A DNA stretch of 64,000 bases from Nitrospirales bacterium (GCA_965203295.1 CBDBCZ010000019.1:2624001-2688000), one strand, 5' to 3'. Shown: positions 1 through 9,968, counted from the first letter of the stretch. Translations and numbers: made by a program. The notes: generated from the letters alone by a model not told the origin.

Positions 1-342
1 TTATGCGAACATCATCTGCTTCCGTTTTTTGGAAAATGTCACGTAGGATACATTCCCAATAAACAGGTAGTGGGGTTGAGCAAAATTCCCCGTATTGTGG
101 AAGTCTTCAGCCGACGGCTCCAAGTTCAAGAGAGACTCACTGTTCAAATTGCCGAAACTCTTCAGAAAATTCTCAAACCCCACGGTGTGGGTGTTGTAAT
201 GGAAGCTCGGCATCTGTGTATGATGATGCGGGGGGTCGAAAAACAAAACACCATGGCCGTGACAAGCGAAATGGTGGGGGTATTCAGAAATCAACAGCAG
301 ACTCGTGAAGAATTCCTGAAGCTTATTGGATCCCATGGCTAG
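1..342 (+). CDS. folE: GTP cyclohydrolase I (5' partial at window edge)
   Basis: Frame 1 from base 1 reads [19 protein letters not shown]...GLSKIPR...RRLQVQER...HLCMMMRGV, the FolE Zn-binding and signature motifs. Confidence 0.96.
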   Translation, partial: LCEHHLLPFFGKCHVGYIPNKQVVGLSKIPRIVEVFSRRLQVQERLTVQIAETLQKILKPHGVGVVMEARHLCMMMRGVEKQNTMAVTSEMVGVFRNQQQTREEFLKLIGSHG

Positions 343-423
343 TCTTAAATTGTCATCAGTTTCGAATTAATCCTTCCTTTTCGCCCTATCTTCCGAAACG
401 GCTGCATTCACAAGCTGAAGTCC

Positions 424-1223
424 CTACTTTTCAGTTTTCTGATTTTCCAGGAAAGACCGAAGGGCTTGGTTAAAAGCTTCAGGCTGTTCGATATTCGAGG
501 CATGACCAGCATGGGGAATGATTTCCAGCCGTGCCCCGGGAATGTGCGCTGCCATGTCTTTGGCTTCAGCAGGAGGTGTAGGCACATCTTCTTGCCAGAC
601 GATGACGAGCGTGGGACACCTGATGTCTTTCAACATATGAATGGAGTCTGGTCGGCTCGCCATGGCCATCAGATCGACGATAATTCCTGAGACCTGATTC
701 TGTGCGATGATCCCTCTGAGGGTTTCCACAATATCGGCACAATTTGCCAGAGACTCAGGACTTAACAATTTGGGTAGCATGGCGTCAGCAAGAGCAGGAA
801 GCCCTTCACGATAGGCGATCTGGGCCATAGCCATTCGTCCCTTTTTAATCTCTTCACTGTCGGCTTGGGCACGATATCGGCAAGCACCAGAGTCCTTACC
901 AATTGGGGATACTTTCGATACAACGCAAACAAAATGTAGCCTCCCATGGAAAGCCCAACGAACGTGGCTTGTGCGATGGAAAGGTGTTCGAGAAGAGCCT
1001 TGATGTCATCGGCATACTGCTCCAGGGTAAAATTCCAGATCGGGGCATCCGATTCACCATGGCCTCGTAAATCCACCGTAATGACACGATGTGTAGACGA
1101 AAAGGCTTCAACCTGAGGGCCCCACATGTGTCGGTTAAGCGGAAACGCATGAACAAAGACAAGGGGATCGCCCTGGCCCTGATCAGAGTAGGCCAGATTC
1201 ATGTCGTGCACGTGAACCTTCAT
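424..1223 (-). pseudogene. Alpha/beta-fold hydrolase (enol-lactonase-like), frameshifted
   Basis: ORF 762..1223 has HAFP and the GLSMGG nucleophile elbow; ORF 424..834 has the catalytic Asp/His half (HAGHASNIE). A 1-nt loss at about 873 (GAT AT CGT GCC for D-T-R-A) links the two frames. Confidence 0.85.
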
Positions 1224-1403
1224 TCTTTCCTCAAATGTCTGTGTGTCGTTTGTCGTGAAAGGGAAACCCTATCCTTAACCCATCAACTCAGAAAATGTTC
1301 CTTTCCTCCTGACTCTATTTGCAGGGTGGAATAGTCCCGTTATAGCATAGGAGAGAAGATTTGTAAGCGACGACTCTTTTCACGACAGAAAGGCTTGTTG
1401 CTG

Positions 1404-2735
1404 ATGTCAGCCAAAGACAACGATCAAGAGAACATCTTCCCTTTCTCAGACCATGCGGAACCCCCCGTCCTTCCATTGGCCGAACGGCTGCGACCCCAGG
1501 ATTTTTCAGATTTTGTTGGTCAGGAGGCGCTACTAGCTGAAGGCCTTCCACTGCGTTGCGCAATCGAAACAGACCACATTCCCTCCATGATTTTGTGGGG
1601 TCCACCCGGGTCTGGCAAGACGACATTAGCAAGAATTATTGCCCGAAAAACGAAGTGGGCTTTTATCCCGTTTTCAGCAGTCGTCAGCGGAGTTCCGGAA
1701 CTCCGTGCGGTCATCAAAGTGGCTCAACAGCGGCTCCAACTCAAGGGACACCGTACCCTTCTTTTTGTGGATGAAATTCATCGATTTAACAAGGCCCAAC
1801 AGGATGCCTTTCTTCCTTACGTGGAAAAAGGCGACATTACGCTCATCGGAGCCACCACCCAGAATCCTTCTTTTGAACTGATTGCTCCCTTGTTGTCCCG
1901 AGCTCGGGTCATCGTCCTGCAAGCACTCGATGAGGAAGCGCTGGGGAAAATACTCGATCGTGCGTTATCTGATCCAGATCGAGGGATTGGGAAGTTCCAC
2001 ATCAGCCTAGCCCCGGAAGCTCGCGAGTATCTCATCGGATACGGAAATGGTGATGCACGATCGATGCTCTCTGCCTTAGAGTTTGTCGTCACACAACTTT
2101 CGTCAGACCAGCAAGGCCCCACCAACATTCACCGGGAACAGCTGGAAACGACCCTTCAACAAAAATTCCTTCGGTATGACCGAAAGGGAGAAGAGCACTA
2201 TAACCTCATTTCGGCTTTCATTAAGAGTATGCGAGATTCTGGCGCTGATGGAGCCTTGTATTGGCTGGCTCGAATGCTGGAAGGCGGAGAGGACCCTAAA
2301 TTCATTGCACGCCGAATGGTTATTTTTGCCTCAGAAGATATTGGGAATGCACAACCAATGGCGATTAGTGTTGTGACGGCGATCTTTCAAGCGGTTGAAG
2401 TGGTCGGTCTTCCCGAAGCTCGAATCAACCTTGCCCAAGGTGCGACATTTTTAGCATCGTGTCCCAAATCCAATGCCTCCTATAAAGGATTGTCCGAAGC
2501 CTTGGCTGATGTCACAAAGTTTGGGAATTTGCCGGTCCCTTTCCATATGCGAAACAGTGTGACGTCCTTGATGAAAGACCTGGGTTATGGAAAGGGATAC
2601 CGATATGTGCATGACGATCCGAGCGCTCGAACGGAGCAAGAGCATCTGCCAGAGGAGTTGAAAGGAAAAGTCTATTACCGGCCAGAGGATTCCGATTCTT
2701 CGGATCGTCACGAGGGAGACGAAGAGGAATGGTAG
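1404..2735 (+). CDS. rarA: Replication-associated recombination protein A (RarA/MgsA AAA+ ATPase)
   Basis: PLAERLRP, Walker A GPPGSGKTT, VDEIHRFNKAQQD, GATTQNPSF, HYNLISAFIKS, ASEDIGNA, GYGKGY motifs. Confidence 0.95.
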   Translation: MSAKDNDQENIFPFSDHAEPPVLPLAERLRPQDFSDFVGQEALLAEGLPLRCAIETDHIPSMILWGPPGSGKTTLARIIARKTKWAFIPFSAVVSGVPELRAVIKVAQQRLQLKGHRTLLFVDEIHRFNKAQQDAFLPYVEKGDITLIGATTQNPSFELIAPLLSRARVIVLQALDEEALGKILDRALSDPDRGIGKFHISLAPEAREYLIGYGNGDARSMLSALEFVVTQLSSDQQGPTNIHREQLETTLQQKFLRYDRKGEEHYNLISAFIKSMRDSGADGALYWLARMLEGGEDPKFIARRMVIFASEDIGNAQPMAISVVTAIFQAVEVVGLPEARINLAQGATFLASCPKSNASYKGLSEALADVTKFGNLPVPFHMRNSVTSLMKDLGYGKGYRYVHDDPSARTEQEHLPEELKGKVYYRPEDSDSSDRHEGDEEEW

Positions 2736-2754
2736 GACAGAGAGAACGTGTCGA

Positions 2755-2953
2755 CTAGGATGAGGCTAGTGAGAGTTGTTGCTTGGACTCCTCCAGTTGG
2801 CTTGACAGTTCAGACCAACGGTGCGTGAGAAGATCCAAATTTTTTCCATTGCTGTTGCTCTTCGAACAATGACGTCCATCGGGAGAAATCTTGATACAGA
2901 GCTGGATCAGCCAGCTCCTCCCCGCGTTTGCTCATGGTGTGGTGTCTTCCAGT
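2755..2953 (-). pseudogene. Decayed C-terminal coiled-coil extension of the ABC-F protein
   Basis: Manual translation across three indels gives DIEDEIAELEDT-MSKRGEELADPALYQDFSRW...LTHRWSELSSQLEE...stop at 2755, resembling the ABC-F C-terminal domain. Confidence 0.7.
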
Positions 2954-4606
2954 TCAGCAATTTCGTCCTCTATATCGCTTCACTTGCTTTTCTAGCCGTG
3001 CGACAGATTTCGAAATATCTCGCCGTGACGCTTTTTGCTCTCGGGGTGGAGATGCCTGAGCCTTAGGATTAGGGATGCTGGAGGGTTTCTCTTTCTTGGA
3101 AGAATTGGTCGTCTTGCCGTCAGTAACCTTTGAGATTTCCAATTCCTGGGTGCGTTTCCATAAATAATATTCATAGTCGCCAAAGTAATCGCGAACCTGA
3201 CCGTCTTCGATTTCCACCACCCGTGTGGCAATACGGATCAAAAAGGTGGGATCGTGAGAAATGAACACGATCGTCCCAGGGAAATCCGTGAGGGCATCAG
3301 TCAAAACGTCAACGGAAGGTGGATCCAGATGATTTGTGGGCTCATCGAGAAGAAGGGTGTTGGCTGGTTCGACCAACATACGGGCAAGGGCCACCAGGTT
3401 GCGTTCACCACCGCTCAAGGCTTTGATGGGTTTTTTCTGATCAGGACCAGAAAACAAAAACGTTCCGGCCGTTCCCCGTAAATAATTCATGTCGGTCTGA
3501 GGAGCGGCTTCAGCAAGAGATTCTAGAATGGTGTGCTCTGGATTCAATTGTTCGGCTTGATGTTGGGCGAAATAATGAAGTGTGACTCCGTGTCCTTCCA
3601 CTCTTCTTCCTTTATCATGGTCCAGGACGCCCGCGAGAATTTTGAGAAGTGTACTTTTCCCTGCCCCGTTTTCTCCCACGAGGGCCACCCGTTGGCCGCG
3701 TTCTAAAGAAAAGTTTAAGTTTTCATACACCACCTTATGCCCATAGGATTTGGTCATGTCGTGAAGATCCAAGACTCGTCTTCCACTGGGGGTCGGCTCG
3801 GGAAACTTAAACCGCAGTCGCTTGGTATCTCGCTTGATTTCAATGAGTTTGATTTTTTCTATTTGTTTGACGCGCGATTGGACCTGGCGGGCCTTCGTGG
3901 CTTGATACCGAAACCGGTCGACAAACTTTTGGACCCGGCCCACTTCTTTAGCTTGGCGCTCGGCAGTGGCCGTGAGTTGGGCATCACGCTGGGCTCGTTG
4001 TTTCTGAAACTGGCTGTAATTTCCCCGATATCCTTGAATCTGGTAATTTCGAATTTCCCAAATGTGGGTCGCCATGCGATTCAAGAACCGCGTATCATGG
4101 CTAATAATCAGCATGGTCATCTTCGAAGATAATAAAAAGCTTTCCAGCCAGACTTGCGTGTGCTTATCCAGATGGTTCGTCGGCTCATCGAGCATAAGCA
4201 CATCTGGATGGGAGAGGAGGAGGTGACCAAGGGCTGCCCGCATGCGGTACCCACCCGAAAAGGTAGCCAATTTTTTATCCCAGTCAGTTTCGGAAAAACC
4301 GAGCCCTGAAAGAATGCGTTTCGCCTCATATTCAGGATATTGCTCTCGATGGGCGGCTTCAATAACCGTCATCTCTGGTGACATGTCGAGTTCTTGAGGG
4401 AGATACCCGATTCGTAACCAGGGACGCTGACGAATAGTTCCGCTTTCCGAAGTGTCTTCACCGATGATCATCCGCAGAAGAGTGGTTTTACCAGTTCCAT
4501 TACGGCCAACTAACCCTACTCGCGAGTCGGGACGAAGGTGAGCCGAAGCTCCGGAAAACAGGATTTTTGTGGGATATTGCTTCGTGATCTCTTCAATATG
4601 GACCAT
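2954..4606 (-). CDS. ABC-F family ATP-binding protein (Uup/YheS-like), C-terminally truncated
   Basis: Two ABC cassettes (GRNGTGKTT and GENGAGKST, LDEPTNHLD twice), inter-ABC linker FVDRFRYQATKARQVQSR, no transmembrane segment. Confidence 0.92.
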   Translation of the reverse strand: MVHIEEITKQYPTKILFSGASAHLRPDSRVGLVGRNGTGKTTLLRMIIGEDTSESGTIRQRPWLRIGYLPQELDMSPEMTVIEAAHREQYPEYEAKRILSGLGFSETDWDKKLATFSGGYRMRAALGHLLLSHPDVLMLDEPTNHLDKHTQVWLESFLLSSKMTMLIISHDTRFLNRMATHIWEIRNYQIQGYRGNYSQFQKQRAQRDAQLTATAERQAKEVGRVQKFVDRFRYQATKARQVQSRVKQIEKIKLIEIKRDTKRLRFKFPEPTPSGRRVLDLHDMTKSYGHKVVYENLNFSLERGQRVALVGENGAGKSTLLKILAGVLDHDKGRRVEGHGVTLHYFAQHQAEQLNPEHTILESLAEAAPQTDMNYLRGTAGTFLFSGPDQKKPIKALSGGERNLVALARMLVEPANTLLLDEPTNHLDPPSVDVLTDALTDFPGTIVFISHDPTFLIRIATRVVEIEDGQVRDYFGDYEYYLWKRTQELEISKVTDGKTTNSSKKEKPSSIPNPKAQASPPREQKASRRDISKSVARLEKQVKRYRGRNC

Positions 4607-4720
4607 GTGTTACATGTCCCTGTCGCTCATCATTATGTGGGTCGTGCAAAGCTGGAAAATTGCGTGAAAATTACCGTCAGGAGGGAAAGTAGCTTAAGGT
4701 GTTACAGAGAAAGACTGTTT

Positions 4721-4796
4721 TGGTGGAGCTGGCCGGGATTGAACCGGCGACCTCGTGAATGCCATTCACGCGCGCTCCCAACTGCGCCACAGCCCC
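4721..4796 (-). tRNA. tRNA-Ala(GGC)
   Basis: Reverse complement GGGGCTGTGGCGCAGTTGGGAGCGCGCGTGAATGGCATTCACG...GGTTCAATCCC...CTCCACCA: 76 nt, G3:U70 pair, anticodon GGC, encoded CCA. Confidence 0.96.
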
Positions 4797-5027
4797 ACTC
4801 AAAATTGAACTGTCTTCAAGGTTATTGCTAAAAGGAATTATCACCGATCGGCCAAAATAGACTTGAGATGCAGGATGCTAGCATGCGCCCTACCCTGCGT
4901 CAAGAATGTGACGAAGACTTGGTCCGTTGAACTCAACATTTTTCTTGATCTCGACGAGATAATGAGAATATGGAAGGTCAAATGAGAAACCAGGAATGCC
5001 TTTTGCTGGTGAAAGGATAAACGAATA

Positions 5028-6440
5028 ATGAATGACGTTCGTGTACGTTTTGCCCCCAGTCCAACGGGGTACCTTCATATCGGTGGAGTTCGCACCGCCT
5101 TGTTCAATTGGTTATTTGCGCGCCACGAAGGGGGAACCTTTATCTTAAGGATCGAGGACACTGATCGGGAGCGGTCCACAGAAGAAGCCATTGAAATCAT
5201 TCAAACCGGTCTAAAGTGGGTCGGGTTAGACTGGGACGAGGGTCCCTTCCGACAAACTGACCGATTAGACTTGTATCGGAAGAAAGCCATGGAATTATTG
5301 GACCATGGCCATGCCTATTGGTGTATTTGCACACCAGAGGAGTTAGAAGCCCGTCGGAAAGAGGCCCAAGCGAAAGGGGAAAACCTCAAATATAATGGGC
5401 GATGTCGGGAACGAGGCATCACCTCCACCACCCAACCAGCCGCCCTTCGGTTCAAATCATCTCAGGAAGGCCAGACGATCGTTGATGATCTGATCAAAAG
5501 ACAGATCACATTCGAGAATGATGTCATGGATGATTTGATCATTCTACGGTCAAACGGCTACCCCACGTATAACTTTTCCGTCGTGATCGATGATGCGTTG
5601 ATGAAGATTACTCATGTCATACGTGGTGATGATCATGTCAACAACACCCCTCGTCAAATTTCGCTTTTTCAAGCCATGGGCTATCCAGTTCCCAAGTTCG
5701 CCCATTTGCCCATGATTCTCGGCGCTGATAAAACTCGGCTATCCAAAAGACATGGAGCCATCTCTATTCTCGCCTACCAAGAGATGGGCTATCTGCCAGA
5801 AGCCTTGATGAACTATCTTGTGCGATTGGGGTGGTCTTTTGGCGATCAAGAAATTTTCTCGATGTTCGAGATGATTGAAAAATTCTCGTTTGATAACGTC
5901 CAACAATCTGCAGCCGTATTTAGTCCTGACAAACTTCTCTGGTTGAATAGCGAGTACATGAAACAGACCCCTCCCCAGCGAGTCGCAGCTTTATTGATCC
6001 CATTTTTAGAAAAGGCCGGATACAGCCCTTCAGGAAACATGCAGCCTGAAGGCGGAGTGGAAGCCTTAATCCCTCCCCTTTGTGAACGGGCCCGCACCCT
6101 CGTGGAAATGGTCGACTGGAGTCTTCCGTACATGACAGAACCCGTTCAAATGAATGAATCTGCCGCGAAGAAGTTTCTTACAATAGAGATTGCTCCAAGC
6201 CTCAAGAAATTTGCCGACGGTCTGCTTGGACTTGAAATCTTCTCAAAAGAAACTCTAGGACCTTTGTTTCATCATGTCCTTGAGGAGAGTGGGTTGAAAA
6301 TGGGGAAACTTGCCCAACCCCTTCGCGTGGCGCTCACAGGATGCACAGCGAGCCCTGGAATTTTTGAAGTCATGGAATTGCTCGGTCGGGATCGTACTCT
6401 GCAGCGAATTCAACAAGCCATTCAGAAAATTGAAGCCTAA
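5028..6440 (+). CDS. gltX: Glutamate--tRNA ligase
   Basis: RFAPSPTGYLHIGG (HIGH), LRIEDTD, HVIRGDDH, RLSKRHG (KMSKS-like). Confidence 0.98.
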   Translation: MNDVRVRFAPSPTGYLHIGGVRTALFNWLFARHEGGTFILRIEDTDRERSTEEAIEIIQTGLKWVGLDWDEGPFRQTDRLDLYRKKAMELLDHGHAYWCICTPEELEARRKEAQAKGENLKYNGRCRERGITSTTQPAALRFKSSQEGQTIVDDLIKRQITFENDVMDDLIILRSNGYPTYNFSVVIDDALMKITHVIRGDDHVNNTPRQISLFQAMGYPVPKFAHLPMILGADKTRLSKRHGAISILAYQEMGYLPEALMNYLVRLGWSFGDQEIFSMFEMIEKFSFDNVQQSAAVFSPDKLLWLNSEYMKQTPPQRVAALLIPFLEKAGYSPSGNMQPEGGVEALIPPLCERARTLVEMVDWSLPYMTEPVQMNESAAKKFLTIEIAPSLKKFADGLLGLEIFSKETLGPLFHHVLEESGLKMGKLAQPLRVALTGCTASPGIFEVMELLGRDRTLQRIQQAIQKIEA

Positions 6441-6486
6441 CTCGGCCGTATATCTTTTTCCCTTATCCCATGTCAGAGCCTTACCC

Positions 6487-6515
6487 TTGACTGAACGTAA
6501 ACTCTCAATTATGCT
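6487..6515 (+). promoter_or_regulatory. Sigma70-type promoter for tRNA-Gln
   Basis: TTGACT-17 bp-TATGCT, ending 12 nt before the tRNA 5' end. Confidence 0.55.
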
Positions 6516-6527
6516 GACAAATAGGCT

Positions 6528-6600
6528 TGGTGGATCGTCTAGTGGTAGGATGTCAACTCTGGATCTGGCTACCCAGTTTCGAATCCTGGTCCCCCAGCCA
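6528..6600 (+). pseudogene. Degenerate tRNA-Gln(CTG)
   Basis: TGGTGGATCGTCTAGTGGTAGGATGTCAACTCTGGATCTGGCTACCCAGTTTCGAATCCTGGTCCCCCAGCCA: Gln-type ends and CTG anticodon, but a U:C acceptor-stem mismatch, an anticodon stem broken by an apparent 1-nt deletion, and G53 replaced by T in the T-arm. Confidence 0.85.
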
Positions 6601-6652
6601 TTCTTTTTCTTCAAGGACTTCAGTGGCTTCTAGGGATTCCTTCTCTGGTCCT

Positions 6653-6680
6653 TCTGTCTCTCTGTCTCTCTGTCTCTCTG
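6653..6680. repeat. Short tandem repeat (TCTGTCTC)x3.5
   Basis: Directly visible 8-bp unit repeated in the intergenic region. Confidence 0.75.
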
Positions 6681-6891
6681 CTGATTCCACTCCCAACTTT
6701 ACGAAATCTGCGAGAATGTCCGGCGTGGAATGGCGTGGTTCTTTTCTCGCAGTTTCTGAAGAAGGGTCGAGCTACCAGCCCAACGCCATTGACTCCTCCG
6801 TAAGGGCTGTCTAGCCTTACCACAACCACAGCGACTTTTGAGAAATTGGTTTTGAGAAGAGACTTGTAAAATGTGACGTGGATTACGGCAA

Positions 6892-7332
6892 GTGATGAGA
6901 AACGTCTATCTCACGAGACTAGTGAGCTTAACCTTCATACTGATGCTGTGGAGTGTTTCTCATGCCCAAGCTGAAGAAGTGCCTACGCCTCCCAGTACTG
7001 TCGTTCGTCAATGGCTTCATTCCTATCCACATGATCTTGCCCAAGTGGTGACCCTCACCAGTTCCGACTTCAGAGAAAACTTGCCTCAATCTGACTGGAT
7101 CAACCAGAAGCAATACCTTCTCAACCCTATGCAATTTAGGTATGTCGAGAGTCAAATTCTAAGAGAAGAAATTAACGGAAATCGTGCATTGATCGAGGTG
7201 AAAGTTTGGATTTCCACTGTCGTTGGGGAGCAGATTCAACGTGAACAATATGACTTACGTCGTTACTGTTCAGTGTGGTTACTAGAAAAGGTCAGTGTCC
7301 GCGAAGAACGGTTTTTAGGACAGACGATGTAA
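6892..7332 (+). CDS. Hypothetical exported protein
   Basis: 146 aa ORF with N-terminal signal peptide ending in AQA; compact alpha+beta pattern. Confidence 0.65.
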   Translation: MMRNVYLTRLVSLTFILMLWSVSHAQAEEVPTPPSTVVRQWLHSYPHDLAQVVTLTSSDFRENLPQSDWINQKQYLLNPMQFRYVESQILREEINGNRALIEVKVWISTVVGEQIQREQYDLRRYCSVWLLEKVSVREERFLGQTM

Positions 7333-7405
7333 AGATGGTGGAGCTACAAGGATTAGATTCTCAGGAGGGGTGGCTTAGGTGGAGAGGATGATCTCAGGAA
7401 TCATC

Positions 7406-7794
7406 CTACCAAGCTGTCAGGACCGGATATTGAGTGATGAGGGGATCTGGTGTGAGTAGCGTGAATTGATGCTGGATCGCCTGACAAACAAGAATCCGAT
7501 CAAAGGGATCTTTATGAAACGGCGGCAGTTTATGCAGATACAATGCGGCCTGCTCTTCAAGGGCAATAGCTGTAATACGATGGCGTTCCCGCTGGGCCGG
7601 AACAAAGCGCTCAGGTGTTTCTGGCAGTGGTAAACTGCCTAAAACATATTTGACTGACATTTCCCATGCCGACACTGCGCTTAGATAGATTTCGTTGCCT
7701 GGATCCACAAAGAGATTTCTGGCGGACACCGAGAGGTCATCAGAGTCCGTAATAAGCCAAAAAGGAATGTGCAGGTGTCCAGGAGGATTCTCAT
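7406..7794 (-). pseudogene. vapC: PIN-domain (VapC) toxin, frameshifted near N-terminus
   Basis: ATG at 7794 overlaps the antitoxin stop and reads MRILLDTCTFL; frame breaks in a T run at about 7760; downstream ORF has SAVSAWEM and HKDPFDRILVCQA. Confidence 0.88.
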
Positions 7795-8036
7795 CGGCCT
7801 TCGCCGTGGAAGGCCTGAATCAGCTCTTCAGAGAGGGGTTCAAAAAACTTTTTGGGGATTTTCAGCCGTCCCTTTGCAAGGCCGAGCGGTCGCTTACGAG
7901 TCGGGGGAGACGGCAAAGGACGAATCTCCGCAATAGGTTCATTGCGCTTGCAGAGAATAATTGTCTCTCCCCTCTTGAGCTTAACCAAGTACCGAGAGAG
8001 ATGCGTTTTCGCCTCGTGAATATTCAGCTTAAACAT
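7791..8036 (-). CDS. Phd/YefM family antitoxin
   Basis: LNIHEAKTHLSRYL...GETIILCKRNEPIAEI...RPLGLAKG, upstream of and coupled to the PIN gene. Confidence 0.9.
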   Translation of the reverse strand: MFKLNIHEAKTHLSRYLVKLKRGETIILCKRNEPIAEIRPLPSPPTRKRPLGLAKGRLKIPKKFFEPLSEELIQAFHGEGR

Positions 8037-8042
8037 GACTAT

Positions 8043-8071
8043 ACTCTAGACTAACTAATAAACTAAGTCAA
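8043..8071 (-). promoter_or_regulatory. Sigma70 promoter of the TA operon (probably leaderless mRNA)
   Basis: Minus strand TTGACT-17 bp-TAGAGT, 6 nt before the ATG; no Shine-Dalgarno; repeated (G/A)ACTA motifs may form the operator. Confidence 0.6.
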
Positions 8072-8291
8072 CAAAATCTGTTGCCAGATAGCGATAATTA
8101 CAACTGTTAACTGAAAAATGCGAGACATAATCACCATTCCACTACACCACTCGGTGACAGCGATCTCGGCATCATCACAGAATACCTATACAACTCTCAA
8201 CAGAATCTCCAGGACGTGGGCTTCCGTCCATTCCAGAACGATCTTTTCCCGGCACTACGCTGGTCACGCAATAACCTTGGGGATGGGGAAC

Positions 8292-8950
8292 TTAGGGTTG
8301 CGCTTGCTGCAATTTGATAATCCGAGCCAGCACTTTTTTGCGAGCAATTCGGTAGGCAGGGGCACGTTCAGTCATTGAGAGAAACTTGCGGTAATATTCA
8401 ATCGCTAACACGGTATTTCCCTGTGTTTCGAAAGAGTATGCAAGGTTTGAGGGGAACTTCAGGAAGATCGGGGGCCAAGATTTCTGCTTGTCGCAGGGCT
8501 TCAATGGCTTCCCAATATCGTCCACGCTGCTGCCCAACAAGCGCCCGTTGTACCCACAGATGCGACACGGTTCCGTTGCGGGCCAGCCACGACATTGAGA
8601 TTATTGGCCAGAGCAAAGAGAACCAATGCATCTGGCAATGACATGTCTTGGGCTCGAAACGTAAAGTGCTGTCCAGAAGTAGATTGTCTATCCCCCTTGC
8701 CATTCGAAATCGAAACCAACATCCGGTCTTCCAATGAGAAAGGGGCAAGTTGAGAAGAAGGCTGGAGGTGAGGAAGAGTGGAAGGAAGATTGCTTTCGAC
8801 AATAAATTCTAAGCGAAGGGAAGCTTGTGTTTCCTCAGGAGGTTTCGTGATGGACGGAGGAGAGGTGACAGTTGTGCATCCCAAAAACAGGAGAAGGTGC
8901 ACTACGCTCAAAGACCAGAATGTCCAGTACAGAAATTTCCAGGTTCTCAC
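8292..8950 (-). pseudogene. Deletion-fusion remnant: secretin-like lipoprotein N-terminus joined to TPR protein C-terminus
   Basis: Lipobox FLGC then FTFRAQDMSLPDALVLFALANNLNVVAGP (secretin N0/STN-like); at about 8578 the sequence switches out of frame to TPR helices (YWEAIEALRQAEILAPDLPEV/NLAYSFETQGNTVLAIEYYRKFL), with another shift at about 8447. Confidence 0.6.
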
Positions 8951-9391
8951 AATGTATCAACCTTTTCCATTTGTACACTGATGAACTTGCAATCTCGCGT
9001 CTCTGAAAAGAGCCATACACATGGGAACGACTAGAATGAAGCAATTTACATACCAGCAATTCTTTGATGATCGTGATCCAAAAAATATCTGTAGAACCTA
9101 ATAGAATTCGAAGAGTTTTAAAGTGGGGGAATCTTATGAGGCTTTTATATTGTGAGAACAAATGTATCCAATTGGATATATCACGAGTATCCAAAAAGGT
9201 GAAATCTTAATTGGAAACGGAAAAAATCACTATCCGATGGGAGCAGACTTGAAGTCTAATGAGAAAGGCAGTGTATGCATGCTGAAGAAAGAATGCATGG
9301 AGTCGGAGCGACTATTTCAGTAAATGACCACGTCTAACTGCTCGAAGTGTCGGAAATAAAGCATTTACGGACCTGGAGAAAAGAGGAAAAT

Positions 9392-9414
9392 TGGTGACAA
9401 AGGCGGGACTCCAA
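9392..9414 (-). repeat. Degenerate att-like direct repeat of the tRNA-Leu(GAG) 3' end
   Basis: TGGTGACAAAGGCGGGACTCCAA versus TGGTGCCGAAGGCGGGACTCGAA at 11382..11404: 20 of 23 identical, same orientation. Confidence 0.75.
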
Positions 9415-9492
9415 TAAGGTAATTGAAACCATTATTGTGGTGTAGAAAAAGTCGGAAGTTATTATTTAATAACATCCCTAGGATTTGGATAT

Positions 9493-9891
9493 CTACAGAT
9501 GCTGACGTATCGCTTCCAGAATCTGATGTGACCGGACTTCATCCCCAAGATATCCTACCCGAATAGAGATCTTGGACTTAGACGTCGTGAGAGATTCAAT
9601 ATGAATCCACACGTCTTTGTCATCTGCCGTTTTGGATTCAATTGTCGCAGATAGTTTGTCTCCCTGGTCTTTAGTCACTGGCATTTCAAGATCCTTCAAC
9701 GCGGCCACAGTAGCCTCTTCCAACTTTTCTGGAGATGCTTTGATCTCCTCCTCTAGCTTTCCCATCACATAAACCGCTCCACCAGCCCCTGCGCCAGCAC
9801 CCACAACCAACAAACAACCTGAAGACCCAAGAATCAACAACACCAAGGCTAAATTCAGTATAAATGAAAACTGTTTTCTTGTATTTACCAC
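9493..9891 (-). CDS. DUF3568-like lipoprotein
   Basis: GGAGG then GTG start; lipobox SSGC, GAGAGAGGAVYVMGKL, C-terminal ISIRVGYLGDE...ILEAIRQHL. Confidence 0.75.
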   Translation of the reverse strand: MVNTRKQFSFILNLALVLLILGSSGCLLVVGAGAGAGGAVYVMGKLEEEIKASPEKLEEATVAALKDLEMPVTKDQGDKLSATIESKTADDKDVWIHIESLTTSKSKISIRVGYLGDEVRSHQILEAIRQHL

Positions 9892-9968
9892 TATGTAGCC
9901 CTCCAATGCTTCACTTAAAAGATTGTCATAGTCATGTTTATGCTGGAATATCCTCCTCCCATCCAAGT

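Noticed and set aside
6729..6790. AATGGCGT/ACGCCATT inverted repeat downstream of tRNA-Gln
   Set aside because: Only 8 bp with a long loop and no other support; compatible with chance.
7336..7355. TGGTGGAGCT match to the tRNA-Ala 3' end as an att site
   Set aside because: Only 10 bp match, and it lies on the wrong side of the tRNA, with gltX in between.
8960..9390. AT-rich stretch with 119-aa minus-strand ORF 8835..9194
   Set aside because: No recognisable motif or RBS, and it overlaps the secretin remnant; may be decayed DNA but cannot be assigned.
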